64,000 nucleotides of DNA from Gekko japonicus (taxonomy: Eukaryota). The stretch covers positions 1,900,128 through 1,964,127 of the forward strand of contig NW_015172553.1 of NCBI RefSeq assembly GCF_001447785.1, in the 5' to 3' direction. The notes below the pieces were generated by a model. It saw only the letters and a program-made list of their open reading frames with translations. It ran no database searches and was not told where the DNA came from. Positions 58,187-64,000 of the stretch are shown in pieces (positions within the stretch are counted from its first letter, which is position 1; the number at the start of each line of letters is the position of its first letter). A program made the position numbers and the translations under genes.

Positions 58187-61100
58187 CTAGAACAAAAGAT
58201 GACAATTATCAATCATTAACAGCCCCTAATCTTTTAAAACATATTTTGCTTCTGATATTAATAGAACCAAAAACATGTGCCTGTCCTTAACCAAAGCATT
58301 GATATCAACAGTCCAGTATGAATACAAAGATGTTAAAAAGGCCAAGGCCACACTGCAGGCCAAGGCCAAGCCACAGGGGGCTGCTGGGCTCAGCTTGCTC
58401 CAGGGCCATTTTGATGTCCCAGTACCCCCCTCCCCCCATAGCAGCCAGGGAGCCATTGTGCTTACCACATTGCATTTTGTTTTGTGTAGTGCATCTAGAA
58501 GTACCCAAATATTTTCAGAAAGGCTTTTGAAAATGTATAACATACCCCACGATGTCCCAGGCAACAGCCCTTGCCCCACAATGGAGAGATTCCAGCTTTT
58601 TAACCTCATCATCTGTGAGACAGAAGTCAAAGACCTACAAAAACAAAAGCTTCAATTGAATAACTTGGCTTACTAGACATGACATCTGGCATGTGCAGCC
58701 CCACAACAGTGCAAAGCATGCCCCCCCCCCCCGGGCCATTTTGACTTGAGAAAACGGCATGGAAGAAGGTCGAAGCCTTTTCCCAACCCTTGCCACAGTC
58801 CCAAGCCAAGGTGAGCCACTGGCATGCTTTGGAACATTATTTCCCAGGAGTAATGTTTGGCTGTGACATAGATCAAAGTTGGGGAATGCTGACCTGGCTC
58901 AAGCCAAATGTCAGGACTAGTTTGACTCTTTGCACTGTGCAAACAAGTAGAGTTTTAATTTTAAGAAAGACACCCAAGGCTTGGCTCCTGCATGCTCAAA
59001 GCTTTACTTGAATGACACAGACTTGGAAGCAAGCACCTAAGGAATGAATGGGATTGTTACCTGTTGCTCTTGATCATAGCACCAATGTGTAAACGTCAGT
59101 TGACGAGACAAGCCTTAGATTGTGGAACTCTTTTGCTTTAGAAACTCAGGGCATGAGTAAGCAAGAAGCTGGAGATCCACAACTGGATCTGCAGGTGTCT
59201 TTAGTTTTCTTTGAAAGCAGCTGGGGGGGCGGGGGTGTTCCGGTTTGGATCAGGGCTAGGATTGCCAGCTCCATGTTGGGAAATTCTTGGAGATTTGAGG
59301 GTGGAGCCTGGGAAGGGTGGAGTTTAGGGAGGGGAGACCTCAGCGAAGTATAATGCCATAGAGTCCATCCTCCAAAGCATCCATTTTCTCCTGGGGAACT
59401 GATCTCTGGAGATCAGTAGTAATTCTAGGAGATCTCCTGGCCTCAACTGGAGATTGGCTGCCCTAATCAGGCCATAGCCTCCTCCCCTACTGGATCCCTT
59501 CCCCTCACACCCTAAATGGACATGAGCACTGGTTTGGAAAAACAACTTGGATTTTCTTTTGCCATTTGGCCTAATAACGGCTAGGAAATAGAGCTGTGGT
59601 GTGATATGTGTGTGTGTGTGTGTCTGACAGAAGTGACAGCACATCCTTGGACCTCATTTGTGTGTTGTTTCTAATCTGCAAGAGTGAGAGTCACATTTTT
59701 ATGTGGAGTGTTTGTGCTTCTTGTTCATTCATTTATGTATCTGAGTCAAAATATTTGTATGCCTGCCTTTCTCCAGAGCATTTCGGGATCCAAACTGAGT
59801 CTCTCAGGATAGCTTAAAAGATGCTATTCCTTCGATCCAAAAAACGTTTTCCTTTCAGTGACCTTGAATAGTTTGAAACAAATTTCTATAATGTACTTTA
59901 TGGTAATTTGGAAGAACATAATGGAATTGTGATCACTAAACGTTGTGGCAAAGTGTAAGTCCAGATACCTGTTGAAGGTATTTTTTGCTTCCCTTTGATT
60001 TCTTTTTAAAGAAAATTAAAGACATTTGTAATACCGGGCTGAGCAGCTCAAAGGCTTTTTCTTGCTGCTATGTTTTCTAACTTTCTAGCTTCCTAGCTTT
60101 CACAACTTCCACTCTTGTGTTTAACTCTTAGCTCTCTTTCGCTAGCAAGTGAAGAAATAGAGTCGAAATAGATAGAAGTAAATAAACTAAATGATAACAG
60201 GCAAACAATCAGAGCTCCCTCAGAGATCGACTCAGCCTTCAGGCCACTCCAACCACACTCAAACAAGAGAGGGAGAGGAGGGGAGATTTTGGCACGGAGT
60301 CTATAAAACAAAAACAGAAAAATGGAGGGAGAAGGTAAAAACTAAAAACTGAGTAAGATAAGCCTAAATTAACAGAAAACAAAAGACAAATAAAGGACAA
60401 AGGACTAAAATAGATTAAAATAAAAATAAAGCGCCCCAAGGACAGAGTACAGCCTCGTAACGTCCTATCGCGTTGGAACCAAAACCGGAAGCCTCAGGTA
60501 GAACCAGTCATGGCTCTCTCTTGTAACGGCACACAGTAAACCAGCACCTCTCTAGGCTGACTTTTATTAGTTAAGCAGCCCTGCCTTTCCTTTTTAAAAA
60601 TTTGGGATATTTTAAGTAATTTTATTGGTCTTTGTGTGTTTCAAGCTGTGTTAATTTGTATGTCCTATAGTGTGGTGGGGTTGCGTTGTATATTTTTAAA
60701 GCACACTGTGATTCATCCATGGTGCTTTAGGGTACAGAAAAGTAAATATTCACATAAGTACAATCTGATCATTTTGAAAAACCAGTACTGAAGATTTTTG
60801 AACTAGAGGAAAGGGACTTGCCAAGAGTCAGTGCTTATGGAGTTTCCCGCCCACTACATGGAGTAATTCAGGTTAGCTTCCTTTGACTTTTTTCCTCATG
60901 CATTATCTAAAGTCAGTCTCTGGTAATATAATGGCTACCATGTTTCCCGTCTGCTCTCGGCCTAATGTTCCCAATCTTCAAGTGGGGCCTGGAGTTCTCC
61001 CTGAATGGCAGCTGATCTCCACGTTAGAGAGACCAGTTCTCCTGGAGGAGATGGCAGCCTCAGAGGGGGCAGATTCTCCGGCATCACATCCCTGCTGAGC

Positions 61101-63454
61101 TCTCCACCCTCCCCAAACTCCTCCCCCCCCCAGGCACTGCCCCCAGATCACCAGGAATTTTCAAGCTGGAGTTGGCAACCCTATCTCAGCCTTTTAAGTT
61201 TTCAGCCCATGGGACACAGGATGCTCAGGGAGTCACACCTGGTGGGTTGTGAGCCCCTCCCCCCTCTTTTTTGGCTGCTTTCTGGAAGGACTGGCTTCGA
61301 GTGCTCCATGCGCAGAAAGCAAGGGTGTCGTATCTCCTGCCTCTCCAGACACCCACTGGGAAGAGCAGCAAGATGGCGAGGCCAAGTCACTCAGCAATGG
61401 ATGAGATTCCTCTCTGGCTCTGACCTGACTCTGACCCTTGGCTTATCCCTCACTATGGTACACTTTCTGGTCTTCAGCTTGTGTTTCCTGTCCCTAGTTC
61501 TTTCACTCCGGCTGCCATAGACTTGTTGGTTCTGTTAAAGGGACATTTGATCAACAACTTTTTGATGCTTTCAACCAGGAGCTGCCATTTCCCCCTCTTC
61601 TTCCCAGAAGGCCAAAGGTTTGGCCTGATACCAGCTCCACTGAGCACCATTTTTTTTCTTTTCAGACTCACCTGGCATTCTACACAGGATGCAGAGAAGG
61701 TGTCTGAAGACCATGGCTTGAAACTGTTTGGTTTCCCTTCCCCCTTTTTTGATGTGTTTGAGCAACAAGCTTGATGACGACTTCTAGAGAATTTGAAAGC
61801 TTATACCCTGTTTTGTGTTATTCTGGTTGGTCTTAATAAAATGTATTACGTGGATCTAATGTTTAAAATAATCAGTCACAGTGCCAGAAGACACAATATC
61901 CATATTTTCAGCAGTGTTCCCACCTTCTGGGCTTTGAAATGGAGAGGCTGACCAACCTTCTAGTCCACAGGATAACAGGAATGAAAAGGTGTTCAGTTGA
62001 AGCAAGTAATTTATACTCTACCTTGGAGTTCTCAATGATGTGAGCAGGTGTTTCACTCTTTGGAATAGTGGCTATGCCAGCTTGTATATTAAAGCGGATC
62101 AGAATCTGTGAAGACATCAGAAAGGGGAAACTGGAGCTTGTAATTCTTGGGCCTGCACTTTCTAAACTCTTGCATCTGTCTATATAGCATATAAGGAACT
62201 CTGATCCCACTTGTCTGGCACCTGCAGTCCACACAGGGACTGTGCTGATGTGATCACTGCAGACTCATACAGCACAACAAAGAAGTCCACAAAAGGGATT
62301 AATCCACAAGTCACCTTGGCAATTCATGTCAACAGAGTAATTAACTGTCTTCCATGTAACAAAAGGCTTGCACATTTGCACATGACCCACATGCACCCCC
62401 CCCAATATCTTCCTTGTTGGCACACCTTCCTTGTGGTAATCTGTAGTCCTCTTCCTAGTTTAGTGCTCACCTCCACAGCACCGTTATCTAAACACATCCT
62501 TAGAGTAACCAAGGGAGCCCTTTGTATATCAGTGCATCAAATTGAGACAGCAAAGGCATGAGGATAAATGGTGCAGAAGCTTCACTTATTATGGAGGTGC
62601 ACCAAAGCCAGAGCCTGACCATCTTCCAGCAATATTCTAAGAGCTGCTTATAGGGAGGAGGGGATAGAGGTAGGCTTCCAGCAGAGGCTACAGCACACAT
62701 GAGTTAGCTAATTTTATTGGATTGCTTATGCTTGCTGTTTCTAACCCATGTGAAGACCTACAAGTCCTCCTCAATAAATTTGCATGTACCCAAAAAATTA
62801 TCTCATGATTCCCAGTTCCCTTGTGACATACACAAGGGCAGGGCTATTTTTGGGCAGGAACAGAGTTCCGGCTGGCTTCCGAGTTAGCCACGCCTACAGC
62901 CGAAACCTCTGCGCGTGTGTGGCTACAGAGGGAAGGCTTGGAGAGCGACCTCCCCCTGGTGATTCCGAGGCAAGTGGGCCAGGAGGGGCCTGGAAGTCCA
63001 AGGTCCGACTTGCCCGGGTGCCCCACAGTCGCGGAGCGCCCAGGCAAGCCAAGGGAAGGCAGTTTAAACTACCTTCCCTTCCTTTCCCTTAAAGGGTTGG
63101 CATGCCCGTGCTTCCCACAGCCGCGAGGCGCCCGGGCATGCCAAGGGAAGGCATGGGGGCGTGGCCTAATATGCTAATTAGCTGTACTGTCAGGGGTGTG
63201 GTCTAATATGCGAATTAGTTTCTGCTGTTGGGTGTGGCCTATTATGCTAATGAGTTCCTGCTGGGCTTTTTCTACAAAAAAAAGCCCTGCACAAGGGTAT
63301 GTGAAAGGTCACCCTAAGATCCCAGCGTTCTACACAAAGATATCCCCCTCTTGAAAGTCACTTTACCTGAGCAGGAGATTTCCCATGCTTCTTAGCAATT
63401 TCCTTCACCACTGGGTCTTCCATGCCATTCTTGGGATCCAGTTTACCTGGAGGG
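58147..63454 (-). CDS. Aldo-keto reductase family 1 (AKR1B-like), last four coding exons; 5' part lies right of the window
   Basis: complement(join(58147..58186,58546..58634,62022..62105,63367..63454)): PPGKLDPKNGMEDPVVKEIAKKHGKSPAQ / ILIRFNIQAGIATIPKSETPAHIIENSK / VFDFCLTDDEVKKLESLHCGARAVAWDIVG / MGEHKYYPFKTQ*. IPKS motif present; exon phases as in aldose reductase genes. Minus-strand AATAAA at 57508-57513. Confidence 0.9.
58546..58634 (-). CDS. AKR penultimate exon
   Basis: VFDFCLTDDEVKKLESLHCGARAVAWDIVG; donor gg|gtatgt. Confidence 0.85.
59257..59465. mobile_element. hAT-type MITE (TAGGGTTGCCA family), diverged
   Basis: Ends taggattgcca / tggctgcccta; related copies at about 43017-43235 and 60960-61182. 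Confidence 0.55.
62022..62105 (-). CDS. AKR exon with IPKS cofactor-binding motif
   Basis: 84 nt, phase 0/0. Confidence 0.92.
62839..63289. mobile_element. Young hAT-type MITE with perfect 8-bp TSD
   Basis: TIRs cagggctatttt / aaaaaagccctg; TSD CACAAGGG on both sides; CpGs retained. Confidence 0.88.
63367..63454 (-). CDS. AKR exon (EDPVVKEIAKKHGKSPAQ)
   Basis: Acceptor ttctctctctag gives phase 2; an alternative AG would start the exon at 63446. Confidence 0.82.
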
Positions 63455-64000
63455 CTAGAGAGAGAACACTCGGGTCTTCCAAACTAGCCAGTTCTACTGC
63501 ATTCTATTTACGCAGTGGACGATTAATCTGGGATGGAAGTTGTTAGTGGCAACAGCAAGTTTTCCTCCTTGGGGCTGCAAATTTGTGTGTACAGGCTTAG
63601 GTTTTAGGCTGTTTTGGTTTCAGGGAGTAAGTGTGGAAAGAAATGCAAATACTCAAGAAGGCTTAGCAAAGGAATGGCCGTTTTTGCTTATTAAATTACA
63701 GGTCACACTTTTTCTCAGAAGCTGCTTTTACAATGAGGTTTTAGTAATATGCATATACATTTAAGTGTACTCGATTAACCATCTGCCTTTTAACCAATTA
63801 ATCCCCTAAAACCTTTTTGCCTTTTGATGGTCTGGGTCATTCTGGTTTAGGACATTTTCTGTGCCGGGGCATACCTGTGTGGCACCTTCATCTCTGTAGA
63901 GAAAATCAGAGGTCTAGGAAAAGGCTGCCCCAGACTAGGCTGCTGGAGATTTTTACCCTGCTTAGTAGACCATGGAGACAGCCTCGCACACAGTGGCCCT

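Overview
Vertebrate nuclear DNA from a squamate reptile, probably a gecko (inferred from the SINE and MITE families). Left to right it holds: the first two coding exons of PCYOX1 (minus strand); a tRNA-Gly(CCC) gene; the complete 13-exon TIA1 gene (plus, 392 aa); the complete C2orf42 orthologue (plus, 573 aa); and the last four coding exons of an AKR1B-like aldo-keto reductase (minus). Introns carry CR1 and L2 LINE relics, tRNA- and 5S-derived SINEs, several hAT, Tc1/mariner and Harbinger-type MITEs with target-site duplications, Penelope-type hammerhead relics and an ORF1-only L1-like element. The most notable observations are: (1) an ~0.9-kb tandem duplication giving C2orf42 two identical, in-frame, splice-competent copies of one exon; (2) an 11-proline expansion and other substitutions at human disease positions in the TIA1 prion-like domain; (3) several candidate TIA1 poison exons; (4) altered cofactor-binding residues in the AKR; (5) two long hairpins in PCYOX1 intron 1. 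All comparisons with human proteins are from memory, not from a database search. No CRISPR array or prokaryotic system is present.
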